Virus record (IMG/VR): IMGVR_UViG_3300023174_000084
Span: 51,581-115,580 of that record
Length of the DNA: 64,000 nt
Source of the DNA: a virus
Direction: 5' to 3' (one strand)
Both the position numbers and the translations under genes were made by a program. A model generated the notes under the pieces. It ran no database searches, was not told the DNA's origin, and saw only the letters and a program-made list of their open reading frames with translations. Below, piece by piece: positions 51,865 through 60,279 of the stretch. Positions within the stretch are counted from its first letter, which is position 1. Each line of letters opens with the position of its first letter.

Positions 51865-52464
51865 TTATTGTGACATCAATGATTTAAATTGTGATTCTAA
51901 TTGGTCAACGTAAATAGAATTAAGTATGTTTATTTTTCTTTTTGATTCATTTAGTTCATATTCATAATCATAAACAGAAACAATTCTTTTTGTTGTTTGA
52001 ACAGTAACAGTAGAATTGCCTATTGTATATGTTCTTGTGTTAGTCAATAAAGTATTATACTCAGCTTCATCAATATCAATGGTGTTAATAGTTACTGTAT
52101 TAGTAGAATTGTCAGTCTGTGTTAATTTCTTTTCATAACTATAAACAGTTGTGGTTGTATTACCAGATGGATACTTTTCTGCCATATAATTATCAAACAC
52201 ATTTGAATCCATTGGCCACGACCATTGTGGATCCAACAGTTCATTTGCAAACAAAACAATCCAATACCGATACGAATCACCATAATATTTGTATGCAATA
52301 GTTTCTGGCGTATCACCTTCTTGTATATCATATGAATAATATACAAGAGGATTTTTTAACACATCAGGTATGATACTGGCTCGTGCCAAAATGTTGGTGA
52401 ATACTCGTGAAACACCAACATTGTCAGTTTGAATTATTTTTGGTAAAGTATCAAAGTATTGCAT
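51865..52464 (-). CDS. gp53: Baseplate wedge subunit (LysM-like)
   Basis: MQYFDTLP; YDIQEGDTPETIAYKYYGD..RYWIVL.AN; YEYELNESKR.I. Confidence 0.92.
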   Translation of the reverse strand: MQYFDTLPKIIQTDNVGVSRVFTNILARASIIPDVLKNPLVYYSYDIQEGDTPETIAYKYYGDSYRYWIVLFANELLDPQWSWPMDSNVFDNYMAEKYPSGNTTTTVYSYEKKLTQTDNSTNTVTINTIDIDEAEYNTLLTNTRTYTIGNSTVTVQTTKRIVSVYDYEYELNESKRKINILNSIYVDQLESQFKSLMSQ

Positions 52465-53405
52465 TAATAGCCTGCCTTAATCTTATCTTTATCAATGAGT
52501 TCGATTTCTTTAAAGTTCATTGTTAATGTTGTCTGAACTGGTGCACCATTATCATATGCAGCCCAACCATTAGGTGCATAGTTAACATCAATACTCTCAA
52601 TTACACTTTCAGCAACTCGTGTTACATTTTTGTTTTGTTGGCCATTGAAAAGAAAATCTAAATCAAATGTAGATGGCGGTACAAAAAACATACCAGCAGC
52701 TGCTGTTGTAATTTGTGGTGCGGCATGATATCTAAACAGTTTGATAATTTCTTTCACAGCTTCAGCTTCTTGTCGAGAATATGGTGTGAAAGTAAATGCC
52801 ATTTGATAGGTTCTGAAATCTATACCATCAAACAGTAATTGTTGTTGAGGATTAATTGCAAGACCTTGTGTTGATAATGCAAGCTTGGCCGCATTAGATT
52901 GTGCAACAGTTAAACCCAATGATGCAGTTTTTGCTAAAGTACCTAAAATAGGTTTATTTCCTACTACAGAATTGACCGCAACAGCCGCTTCATTTGCTAC
53001 TTCTACTAAACTTAAATTTCCATAACCTGCGTTGTACTGAAAATTTAATGTATCAGGAATATATAGAGAGATGGTTGCAACTTTTCGTTTCTTCTTTGGT
53101 TTGAAATTTAGTGTTTTTTGTGCATCACCAGCAAAGAAGTTTTTGACAGAATTAAATTGTTCTTTTAAACCTTCAAGTGATGTGGATTTATTAATAAATG
53201 TTTTAGCTTCTTCATAAGTAATGGGTTGAATCTCATTAATTGAAAATTGAACAATGTGACCTTTTGTCGCTGAACCCAAATCTCTAGGATATTGATAACT
53301 GTTTATGCCAAATTTATTACCAAATAATGCTCCAAGAGGACCATTAATGATATTACCCGGAATCGATACGCCGCCGATTGATGTTGGTATAGAAATGATA
53401 GCCAT
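52464..53405 (-). CDS. gp48: Baseplate tail tube cap (probable start MAIISIP at 53405)
   Basis: YQYP.DL, ISLYIP, AINP.Q.LLF.G..FR...FTF.P.S..E, VNYAPNG, L.F.E. The track's longer start overlaps gp4 on the other strand. Confidence 0.85.
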   Translation of the reverse strand: MAIISIPTSIGGVSIPGNIINGPLGALFGNKFGINSYQYPRDLGSATKGHIVQFSINEIQPITYEEAKTFINKSTSLEGLKEQFNSVKNFFAGDAQKTLNFKPKKKRKVATISLYIPDTLNFQYNAGYGNLSLVEVANEAAVAVNSVVGNKPILGTLAKTASLGLTVAQSNAAKLALSTQGLAINPQQQLLFDGIDFRTYQMAFTFTPYSRQEAEAVKEIIKLFRYHAAPQITTAAAGMFFVPPSTFDLDFLFNGQQNKNVTRVAESVIESIDVNYAPNGWAAYDNGAPVQTTLTMNFKEIELIDKDKIKAGY

Positions 53406-53422
53406 GGTTGTCCTAAAAAGAA

Positions 53423-53438
53423 TATAAGTATATTTATG
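53423..53438. promoter_or_regulatory. Adjacent oppositely oriented late promoters: TATAAGTA (+, 53423-53430, gp4) and CATAAATA (-, 53431-53438, gp48)
   Basis: Both motifs lie at the 30 bp strand-switch gap. Confidence 0.55.
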
Positions 53439-53870
53439 GCATATTCTGGACGATTTACACCTTCTAACCCTCAAAAATACATTGGGGATTATAACAATAT
53501 TATCTACCGGTCGAGCTGGGAAGTAAAAGTAATGAACTGGCTCGATAAGAATCCACAAATTATATCATGGGCTTCAGAAGAACTTATCATTCCTTATAAG
53601 TCACCAGTTGATGGACAATGGCACCGTTACTTTCCCGACTTTTTAGTGAAGATGCGAACCCGTGACGGTAAACTTAAAACCATGTTATTAGAGGTCAAAC
53701 CCAAAAAACAAGCACAACCACCAGAACCACGCAAACGAATCACTAAACAATACATTCAAGAGGTAATCACATGGGGTGTCAACCAATCGAAATGGAAAGC
53801 CGCCACCGAGTTTTGTTTAGATCGTGGTTGGGAATTCAAAGTTCTCACGGAAGATCATCTCGGACTGTAA
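53436..53870 (+). CDS. gp4: Head completion nuclease
   Basis: YSG.F.P.NP.KY.GD...IIYRSSWE, WASEE, YFPDF, EVKP, NQSKWKAA. Confidence 0.95.
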   Translation: MAYSGRFTPSNPQKYIGDYNNIIYRSSWEVKVMNWLDKNPQIISWASEELIIPYKSPVDGQWHRYFPDFLVKMRTRDGKLKTMLLEVKPKKQAQPPEPRKRITKQYIQEVITWGVNQSKWKAATEFCLDRGWEFKVLTEDHLGL

Positions 53871-53881
53871 CTAAATAGTAG

Positions 53882-54466
53882 ATGGCATCTAAACTTACAC
53901 AATTAGCAAGACAAAAAACTGCTTCTGAACTTCAAACGATGAGCCGTGAATCTTATCGTTGGATGACTAAGAAAATTGGTGAACTCAGCAATCCAACAGG
54001 GATCGCTTCTACGATTGCACGAGAAGATAGAGGAAATCATTTTCACAATGGAGGACTATATTTTTTCTATTATGACCCAAAGACCAAAGCAGACTTACCA
54101 TATTATGATAGATTCCCTTTGGTATTGGTATTAAACATTGACAATGATGGTTTTACTGGTTTGAACCTGCATTACTTGCCAATCCAGTATCGAGTCGCCT
54201 TTTTGGATAAATTGATGGATTTCGCTGTGGTTGACGGCAATAAAGACATTCAGCGTATGAGTGTCACCTATGATATATTAAACGCCTCCAGGCGGTTTAA
54301 AGAGTTCAAACCATGTTTTAAAAAGTATTTGAAGAACCACGTTCAATCAAAAATACTTGCCGTGCAGCCAAACGAATGGGATATTGCAGCATTCTTGCCA
54401 ATACAACAGTTTAGGAAAGCTTCCACATCTCAAGTGTGGCAAGAATCACTAGAACAGATACGATAA
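53882..54466 (+). CDS. gp2: DNA end protector protein
   Basis: YDPKTK..LPYYDRFPLV, GLNLHYLP, KPCFKKYL. Confidence 0.93.
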   Translation: MASKLTQLARQKTASELQTMSRESYRWMTKKIGELSNPTGIASTIAREDRGNHFHNGGLYFFYYDPKTKADLPYYDRFPLVLVLNIDNDGFTGLNLHYLPIQYRVAFLDKLMDFAVVDGNKDIQRMSVTYDILNASRRFKEFKPCFKKYLKNHVQSKILAVQPNEWDIAAFLPIQQFRKASTSQVWQESLEQIR

Positions 54467-54475
54467 GGAAATAAA

Positions 54476-55141
54476 ATGGCGGGTTCAATTACCGAATTTA
54501 AATCTAGCTTTCAAAAAGATTTATCTCGTCCACATAAATTTGATGTGAACATTCCTATTCCTTTAACATTAATACCATACATTAAATCGGCAAAATCTCT
54601 TACATATCGTTGCGAGAATGCTAATTTACCTGGCAGAACCTTTGCTACAGCTGAACAAAAAACATATGGACCTGTAGAAAAATATCCATATCTTAACACA
54701 TACACCGATATTGATATGACATTTATTGTTGATGATGACATGACACAAAAGATTTTCTTTGATGCGTGGTTAAACTACATCAATCCATTATACAATAACA
54801 ATATACGATATAAAGGTGATTACTCAACCGTTATTACAGTAAATCAATATGATGTTACTAATCAAATATCATATTCTTGTAATCTCTATGATGCTTATCC
54901 TATTTCCATGAATCAAATGGATTTAGATTGGTCATCTGATGGATATCATAAATTGAATGTAACTTTTGCATATACTTACTGGCAAAACAACTCTCTGCAG
55001 GCTCTTGGTATGGAGTTTGTCGATGCTGGTATCAATGCAGTAAACAATATTGTTGGTGGCCTTGGTGGTAATGCCGTTGGTGCTGCCGGCACAGGAGTAA
55101 ATAATTTTATTAATGATATATCGTCTACATTTCGTAGATAA
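54476..55141 (+). CDS. gp54: Baseplate tail tube initiator (gp54-like, gp19 paralog)
   Basis: SRP.KF.V, CE...LPGR, DAYP.....L.W...KLNVTFAYTYW; position before gp26. Confidence 0.75.
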   Translation: MAGSITEFKSSFQKDLSRPHKFDVNIPIPLTLIPYIKSAKSLTYRCENANLPGRTFATAEQKTYGPVEKYPYLNTYTDIDMTFIVDDDMTQKIFFDAWLNYINPLYNNNIRYKGDYSTVITVNQYDVTNQISYSCNLYDAYPISMNQMDLDWSSDGYHKLNVTFAYTYWQNNSLQALGMEFVDAGINAVNNIVGGLGGNAVGAAGTGVNNFINDISSTFRR

Positions 55142-55164
55142 TTTTAAAATGGAGTGAAAATACC

Positions 55165-55890
55165 ATGGCTTTACCTAAACTTGATATACCAACTTATGAA
55201 ATTGAATTGCCAATTTCTAAAAAGAAAATTAAGTTTCGACCATTTCTTGTAAAAGAACAACGAAACCTATTAATGGCACTAGAATCGAATGAAACTAGTA
55301 CCGTGCAACAAAACATCCGTGATATACTCAATAATTGCACATTGACCGAGAATGTTGATATTGATAGATTACCTATTATTGATATTGAATATTACTTTGT
55401 TAATCTACGAGCCAAATCAGTTGGTGAAGTAGTAGAGGCTCGTTATCGGTGTAATAATATTGTTAATGATACTGAATGTAACAATGTTATGGAAACAAAT
55501 ATTAATTTACAAGACATTAAGGTTACACAAGAAAAGACCATTAGTCCTGAAATACAAATTACACCAAAGATTACCATTAAACTAAAGTATCCAGAATTTG
55601 GCATGGTCAAAGATTCTTTACAGTATGATGATATCAATACAATCACATTTAATATGATTGCAAGTAGTATTGAATACATTTATGATGGTGAACAATTTTA
55701 TTATGGTCATGAAACATCACCACAAGAAATGTTACAGTTTGTTGAAACACTAAATGCTGAGCAGTTTAAAAAGATTGAAGAATTTTTTGAGAATCTACCA
55801 AAATTAAAAGAAAATGTTAATATTACCTGTAGTAAGTGTGGTTTTCACCACACGATAGAGGTGGAAGGGTTAGAGAATTTTTTCGGTTAA
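55165..55890 (+). CDS. gp26: Baseplate hub assembly protein
   Basis: MALPKLD.P.Y...LP......FRPFLVKE, LRAKSVGE, C..C zinc site, GLENFF. Confidence 0.92.
   Translation: MALPKLDIPTYEIELPISKKKIKFRPFLVKEQRNLLMALESNETSTVQQNIRDILNNCTLTENVDIDRLPIIDIEYYFVNLRAKSVGEVVEARYRCNNIVNDTECNNVMETNINLQDIKVTQEKTISPEIQITPKITIKLKYPEFGMVKDSLQYDDINTITFNMIASSIEYIYDGEQFYYGHETSPQEMLQFVETLNAEQFKKIEEFFENLPKLKENVNITCSKCGFHHTIEVEGLENFFG
55878..55884 (+). promoter_or_regulatory. Candidate -1 programmed frameshift slippery heptamer T TTT TTC
   Basis: X XXY YYZ in the gp26 reading frame, two codons before the stop; the -1 frame is open into the gp51-like ORF. Confidence 0.6.
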
Positions 55891-56075
55891 TATTTCGTCA
55901 TGACAATCTGAGTAATTATTACAAAACGAATTTTTCGTTAATGCAACACCATAAGTATAGCTTGACCGAACTTGAAAATATGATGCCTTGGGAAAGAGAT
56001 ATTTACATCTCCCTTTTGATACAATATATTGAAGAAGAAAATCAAAAGATAAAAGAACGGCAGAAGAAGCGTTAA
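55884..56075 (+). CDS. gp51: gp51-like baseplate hub assembly catalyst (either a -1 frameshift extension of gp26 or started at ATG 55941)
   Basis: NYYKTNFSLMQHHKYSLTELENMMPWERDIYI motif typical of gp51-annotated ORFs. Confidence 0.78.
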   Translation, partial: RLIFRHDNLSNYYKTNFSLMQHHKYSLTELENMMPWERDIYISLLIQYIEEENQKIKERQKKR

Positions 56076-56078
56076 TAA

Positions 56079-57629
56079 ATGGATTATCAAAAGGCCAAAG
56101 ACATTAGAGGCAAATCTCTAAGTTCACTTATCACCGATAATATTGTCGCTGGTGGTAGTGTTAGTTCGTCTATTCGTCAGGCATTATCTGATAGAAGTAA
56201 AGCACGCTCGACAGGCATCAAAGAGAAATTTGATCCATTAAACATCGTTAAAGCACTTACAGGCGGTTCTCGCCTAGCACCTGCAATACTTGGTCGTTTA
56301 ACAGGTAGAAGTCCAGAAACCATCAAATATTTTACCAAAGACCCAAAGAAAAGAGAAAATTTTGGTGGTATCAGTTCTCAAGATTTAACTGCTGCCACAC
56401 AGAAATTAGGTTCTATCTATACCATGATGGTTAAGATGGAAGAAGAAAGAAAATTATTAGAAGAAGAAAATACTCGTAATCAGGTTACAGAACAAGAGGA
56501 AGAAGATGCTCGCAACAAGCAACTTATCAAAGCTCTAACGGCTCGTGTTAGACCTAAAAAGAAAGTTAAAAAAGAACCTGAGGAAAGAAAACAAGAGCAA
56601 CAACAAAAAACAACAGAAAAAAAACAAGAACAAGAACAAAAAAAGACCGAAAAAAAAGAAGAAGGTAAAGTAAAGAAAAAAGAAAAAGAAGTTAAAAAGG
56701 AACAAGAAGCCAAAAAAGAAACAATAAAAAAGGCAGAAGAAAAAAAACCTGAAGTTGTTCCACCAAAAGAGGTAAAACCTAAACCTACTGCAAAACCTGA
56801 AGCGCCACCTGTTGCCAAACCACCAACAGCAGCAAAAATTCCACCCGTTGTTGTGAGTGGCACGAAAGGTTTAGTTTTAGGTGCTTTGGTCGCAGCAGGT
56901 TATTCCAAACAAGCCCAAGCCAATGTAATGGCCAGTGTGGAAAAAGAATCTAATTTTAAACCAAGAAGTGAAGAACTAGGTAAATATTCAGCAAAAACAT
57001 TATATAAACTATATGGCCCACCTGGTGCTGTAGACGGTCAGCCTGTTGGCGGTAAAAACAAAGTTCGTTTTAATACAATAGAAGAAGCACAAGCCGTTGT
57101 CAGTAAAGGACCTGAAGCTGTAGGTGATGTAATCTATGGTGGTCGTATGGGCAACACGGCACCAGGAGATGGTTTTAAATATCGTGGTCGTGGATTCATA
57201 CAGATAACAGGCAAAGAAAATTATGATAAGATTGGTAAAGCCATTGGTGTTGATTTAGTTAATAATCCAGACTTAGCAAATGATCCTGAAATTGCTGCCA
57301 AAATTATACCAGCATTCTTTAAACTAAGAATTAAAAAACCAGAAGATTTAGAAAACATCGATAAAGTCAATGCAGCAGTTGGTTCTGCCAGTGTAGAATC
57401 GAGAGAGAAAAGAAAAACATTGGCAGCTGCCTATGCCGCAGAGTTAAATACTGGTGGTCAAATCAATGCAGCTTCTACTGAAAACAAAGAATTGAAAAAG
57501 GATATGGCCGATACTACACCGGCTCAAGTTATTGTAAATAATAATACCACAAGTCAAATAAAAAAAGAAAAACCTATGCCAGCTGCTGGTGGTGATGATC
57601 GTTCGGCCTATACAAAGAAAATAAACTAG
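56079..57629 (+). CDS. Tape-measure/hub-like protein with GH19 (lysozyme/chitinase) domain
   Basis: Lys/Glu coiled coil, Pro/Lys linker, then ESNF...YGGRMGN...DGFKYRGRGFIQITGKENY. Confidence 0.75.
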   Translation: MDYQKAKDIRGKSLSSLITDNIVAGGSVSSSIRQALSDRSKARSTGIKEKFDPLNIVKALTGGSRLAPAILGRLTGRSPETIKYFTKDPKKRENFGGISSQDLTAATQKLGSIYTMMVKMEEERKLLEEENTRNQVTEQEEEDARNKQLIKALTARVRPKKKVKKEPEERKQEQQQKTTEKKQEQEQKKTEKKEEGKVKKKEKEVKKEQEAKKETIKKAEEKKPEVVPPKEVKPKPTAKPEAPPVAKPPTAAKIPPVVVSGTKGLVLGALVAAGYSKQAQANVMASVEKESNFKPRSEELGKYSAKTLYKLYGPPGAVDGQPVGGKNKVRFNTIEEAQAVVSKGPEAVGDVIYGGRMGNTAPGDGFKYRGRGFIQITGKENYDKIGKAIGVDLVNNPDLANDPEIAAKIIPAFFKLRIKKPEDLENIDKVNAAVGSASVESREKRKTLAAAYAAELNTGGQINAASTENKELKKDMADTTPAQVIVNNNTTSQIKKEKPMPAAGGDDRSAYTKKIN

Positions 57630-58907
57630 ATGGATTACTATAAAGCTCAAAGTATCAGGAAAACAGCACTATCCGATTTGATTGCAGATCAAATTGCATC
57701 AGGTGGTGGCATTGGTTCTTCCATTGGTAAAAGTATTTCACAAAAGACATCGGCTGCAATGACTGGTATCAAACAACGATTTGATCCTTTAAACATTGCT
57801 AAGTTTGTGACTGGTGGTTCTAATTTGGGTCCTGCTGTATTGGGCCGTTTGACTGGTAGAAAACAAAGAGATATTAAATTCTTTACAGGCAAGAAAGTTT
57901 ATGATACTGCATCTAAAATAAAACCTGTCGAGGAAGGTGACGGACTTAATGATATTCTAAGTAAAATGTTAGGTTTCATGCAAAATATCAGTGAAGCTGA
58001 AAAAACAAGACGAAATGAAGCTAAACAATTTGCAGAAGAAAATGCATTAGAAAAAGCAAGGCGACATAAAGAACTCATTGAAGCCATTACAGGCAAACCT
58101 TTTACAGGCAATGAAAAGACAGTAACAGCAACAAAAGTACCTGAAGGTCCTCAAAGAAGTTTCTTAGATGATATATTGGATGCTTTTGGTCTTGGCCGTG
58201 ATGCATTATCGATATTAAAAACTGTTGGTAAAGTAGGATTGTTCTTCACTGGTCCTGTTGGTTTGGCCATTCTTGGTGCCACATCTATTATTGGTTTTGG
58301 CATTCTTTTGCGTAAAGCATTACAAGCTGAACCAAGTTATGAAGATGAACAAGCAGCCAAAGGATTAGACCAAGCCAAATCTGTTGGTGGCCTAGCTGGT
58401 GTTTCTGATGAAAGAGCTGCACGACAAAAAATGCCAGAGTATGATAGAACAATGGCAGAACTTAAAGATTTTGAAACATATCAAAATGAAGGTGAGAAAC
58501 TCACCAATAAACAATTAGAAGGCTTTGGTAAACGAGGACCAGGTGCTTTAGAAGCGGTTGAAGATTACAAAGTGGCTCGTGATAAGTATAAGAAAATTGT
58601 TGGTGAACCTGTTGAAACTGCCACACCTGCAGCTGCGCCAATAGAAACACCATCAGCAACACCAACATCATCACCGGCTTCTGAAGTTCCAACTGAAGCA
58701 CCGGCTGCTAGTGCAAAACTCAGCCAAGTTCAAAATGAAAATTTAAATCTAAACATTCCTGAAAGTAAAGAAGATCCATCATCTGTCATTAACAATAATT
58801 CGGTCAAGAGTTATGCAGAAGGTGGTGGAAAGATTCCAATGCCTCCTGTGAGGAATTTGGAACCTACATTTCAAAATATGATATTATATAGCACACGAGT
58901 TGTATAA
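57630..58907 (+). CDS. Tape-measure/hub-like protein, N-terminal paralog of 56079-57629
   Basis: MDY.KA..IR...LS.LI.D.I..GG...FDPLNI.K..TGGS.L.PA.LGRLTGR shared; hydrophobic GLAILGATSIIGFG segment. Confidence 0.7.
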   Translation: MDYYKAQSIRKTALSDLIADQIASGGGIGSSIGKSISQKTSAAMTGIKQRFDPLNIAKFVTGGSNLGPAVLGRLTGRKQRDIKFFTGKKVYDTASKIKPVEEGDGLNDILSKMLGFMQNISEAEKTRRNEAKQFAEENALEKARRHKELIEAITGKPFTGNEKTVTATKVPEGPQRSFLDDILDAFGLGRDALSILKTVGKVGLFFTGPVGLAILGATSIIGFGILLRKALQAEPSYEDEQAAKGLDQAKSVGGLAGVSDERAARQKMPEYDRTMAELKDFETYQNEGEKLTNKQLEGFGKRGPGALEAVEDYKVARDKYKKIVGEPVETATPAAAPIETPSATPTSSPASEVPTEAPAASAKLSQVQNENLNLNIPESKEDPSSVINNNSVKSYAEGGGKIPMPPVRNLEPTFQNMILYSTRVV

Positions 58908-58908
58908 T

Positions 58909-58939
58909 AAAAAACCCACCATAAAGGTGGGTTTCTTTT
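58909..58939. terminator. Bidirectional rho-independent terminator between convergent units
   Basis: AAAAAACCCACC-ATAAA-GGTGGGTTTCTTTT hairpin flanked by A and T tracts. Confidence 0.85.
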
Positions 58940-58952
58940 AAGTGAGAAAAGA

Positions 58953-59084
58953 TTATTTCTTCTTTTCGTCTTTCTTAACTTCTGCTTTAGGTGCTTCTTT
59001 CTTTGGTTCTTCTTTCTTAGCAGGTGCCTGAGCAAATGCTGCAACAGCGAACATAGAAGCTACGAGTGCGGTAAGATACTTCAT
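58953..59084 (-). CDS. 43 aa secreted Lys/Glu/Ala/Pro-rich peptide with Sec signal (not in ORF track)
   Basis: MKYLTALVASMFAVAAFAQAPAKKEEPKKEAPKAEVKKDEKKK*; strong GAAAGGAAG RBS; AFA-Q signal peptidase I site. Confidence 0.85.
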   Translation of the reverse strand: MKYLTALVASMFAVAAFAQAPAKKEEPKKEAPKAEVKKDEKKK

Positions 59085-59130
59085 TTTACTTCCTTTCAAT
59101 CAAAGTTAAAAATTCACAAACAACTCATTA

Positions 59131-60015
59131 TTAATCTTCTTCAGCGAGTTTGCTGAAGTATGCCATATCATCATCTTCAGAATCGTCCTTAAATGGAGAA
59201 TCTTCTGCTACTGCCTTAGGTGCAGGTTTAGCTTTGGCTTGTTCTACGGTTGTCTTTGGTGCTTCACCATTGAGACCTAGAACCTTATCTAAGCGTTGTT
59301 TCAATGCATCATATGATTTGAATTCTTTATCAGAAATCATTTCAGCCAAAGAGAACTCTGACTTCCAAATCTTTTCTAATTCATCATCATCACCCAACAA
59401 TGGTGATGGTGATTCAAATTCAGACTTGTCATAGTTCTGATAGCCTTCAACTTTACGAATCTTTAATTTGAAGTTAGCACCTTTCCATAAATCAAATGGA
59501 TTGATTGCTTGTTCATCCGCAAATTGTGGATTCATGGCTTCAGAAATCTTATCAAAGATTTTCTTACCGAACTTAAACAATTTAACCTGACCTTCATTCT
59601 CAGGATGTTTTGGGTCGGATATAATATAAACGTTGGCAATATAATTTAGTTTACGTTTTTGCTTACGAACAATGTCTTTATTCGCTTCTATACCAGAATT
59701 CCATAATGTAGAATTGTGTTCACATACAGGACATTGCTCATTCTTGGTAGTTAAACAGTTATCAATTAACCAACCACCAGGACCTTGGAATCCATGTGAG
59801 AATACTTTGACCCATGGTAATGCATCATCACCATCAGCTGCAGGTGCAGGCAGAAAACGAATCGTAGCCATGCCATTGCCAGCTTTGTCTACTTCTGGTC
59901 GCCAGAAATTGTCGGTTTTTTCGTTACCCTCGGATGAGGTATTGAGTGCCTCGATTGCCTTTGATAGTTTGTCGAGGTTGCCAGATTGGCGTTTGAGGTT
60001 CGCAAATGAACTCAT
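59131..60015 (-). CDS. gp32: Single-stranded DNA-binding protein
   Basis: IRFLPAP, HGFQGPGGW.I.NCLTT....CPVCE, FGKKIFDKI, GANFKLKI, acidic tail. Confidence 0.97.
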   Translation of the reverse strand: MSSFANLKRQSGNLDKLSKAIEALNTSSEGNEKTDNFWRPEVDKAGNGMATIRFLPAPAADGDDALPWVKVFSHGFQGPGGWLIDNCLTTKNEQCPVCEHNSTLWNSGIEANKDIVRKQKRKLNYIANVYIISDPKHPENEGQVKLFKFGKKIFDKISEAMNPQFADEQAINPFDLWKGANFKLKIRKVEGYQNYDKSEFESPSPLLGDDDELEKIWKSEFSLAEMISDKEFKSYDALKQRLDKVLGLNGEAPKTTVEQAKAKPAPKAVAEDSPFKDDSEDDDMAYFSKLAEED

Positions 60016-60080
60016 AATTACTTCCTTTCGTATAAACGGATTATTAACGGTGTATAAAACGACTTGTCCACATACTTCTC

Positions 60081-60109
60081 ATTATATAATAGTATTTAGG
60101 CGTTGTCAA
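60081..60109 (-). promoter_or_regulatory. Perfect sigma70 promoter (TTGACA-17 bp-TATAAT) upstream of gp32, with nested late-type CCTAAATA
   Basis: -35 at 60104-60109, -10 at 60081-60086, 17 nt spacer; CCTAAATA at 60093-60100. Confidence 0.85.
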
Positions 60110-60272
60110 GGCCTGAATTCTCATTTAATAATTGTTTACCAGTAGAATTGTTCCACTCATGTAAACGAATTTTAAATTCTTCATTAGTTAGATTATGCCA
60201 ACCAATACATTCACCTGTAGGACTACGGCCACATCCACAAGGTGTAATTACTTCTTTCAACATTTCTTTCAT
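60096..60272 (-). CDS. 58 aa CDGSH-like (3Cys-1His) metal/Fe-S-binding protein (not in ORF track)
   Basis: MKEMLKEVITPCGCGRSPTGECIGWHNLTNEEF...; AGGA RBS; CxCxxS....CxGxH pattern. Confidence 0.72.
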   Translation of the reverse strand: MKEMLKEVITPCGCGRSPTGECIGWHNLTNEEFKIRLHEWNNSTGKQLLNENSGLDNA

Positions 60273-60279
60273 TTTTTTC

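Noticed and set aside
53406-53558. Extended N-terminus of gp48 in the ORF track
   Set aside because: Overlaps gp4 on the opposite strand; ATG 53405 has an RBS and a late promoter
56570-56760. Poly-A tracts as possible phase-variation sites
   Set aside because: Explained by Lys/Glu codons in an intact reading frame; no evidence of slippage from a single sequence
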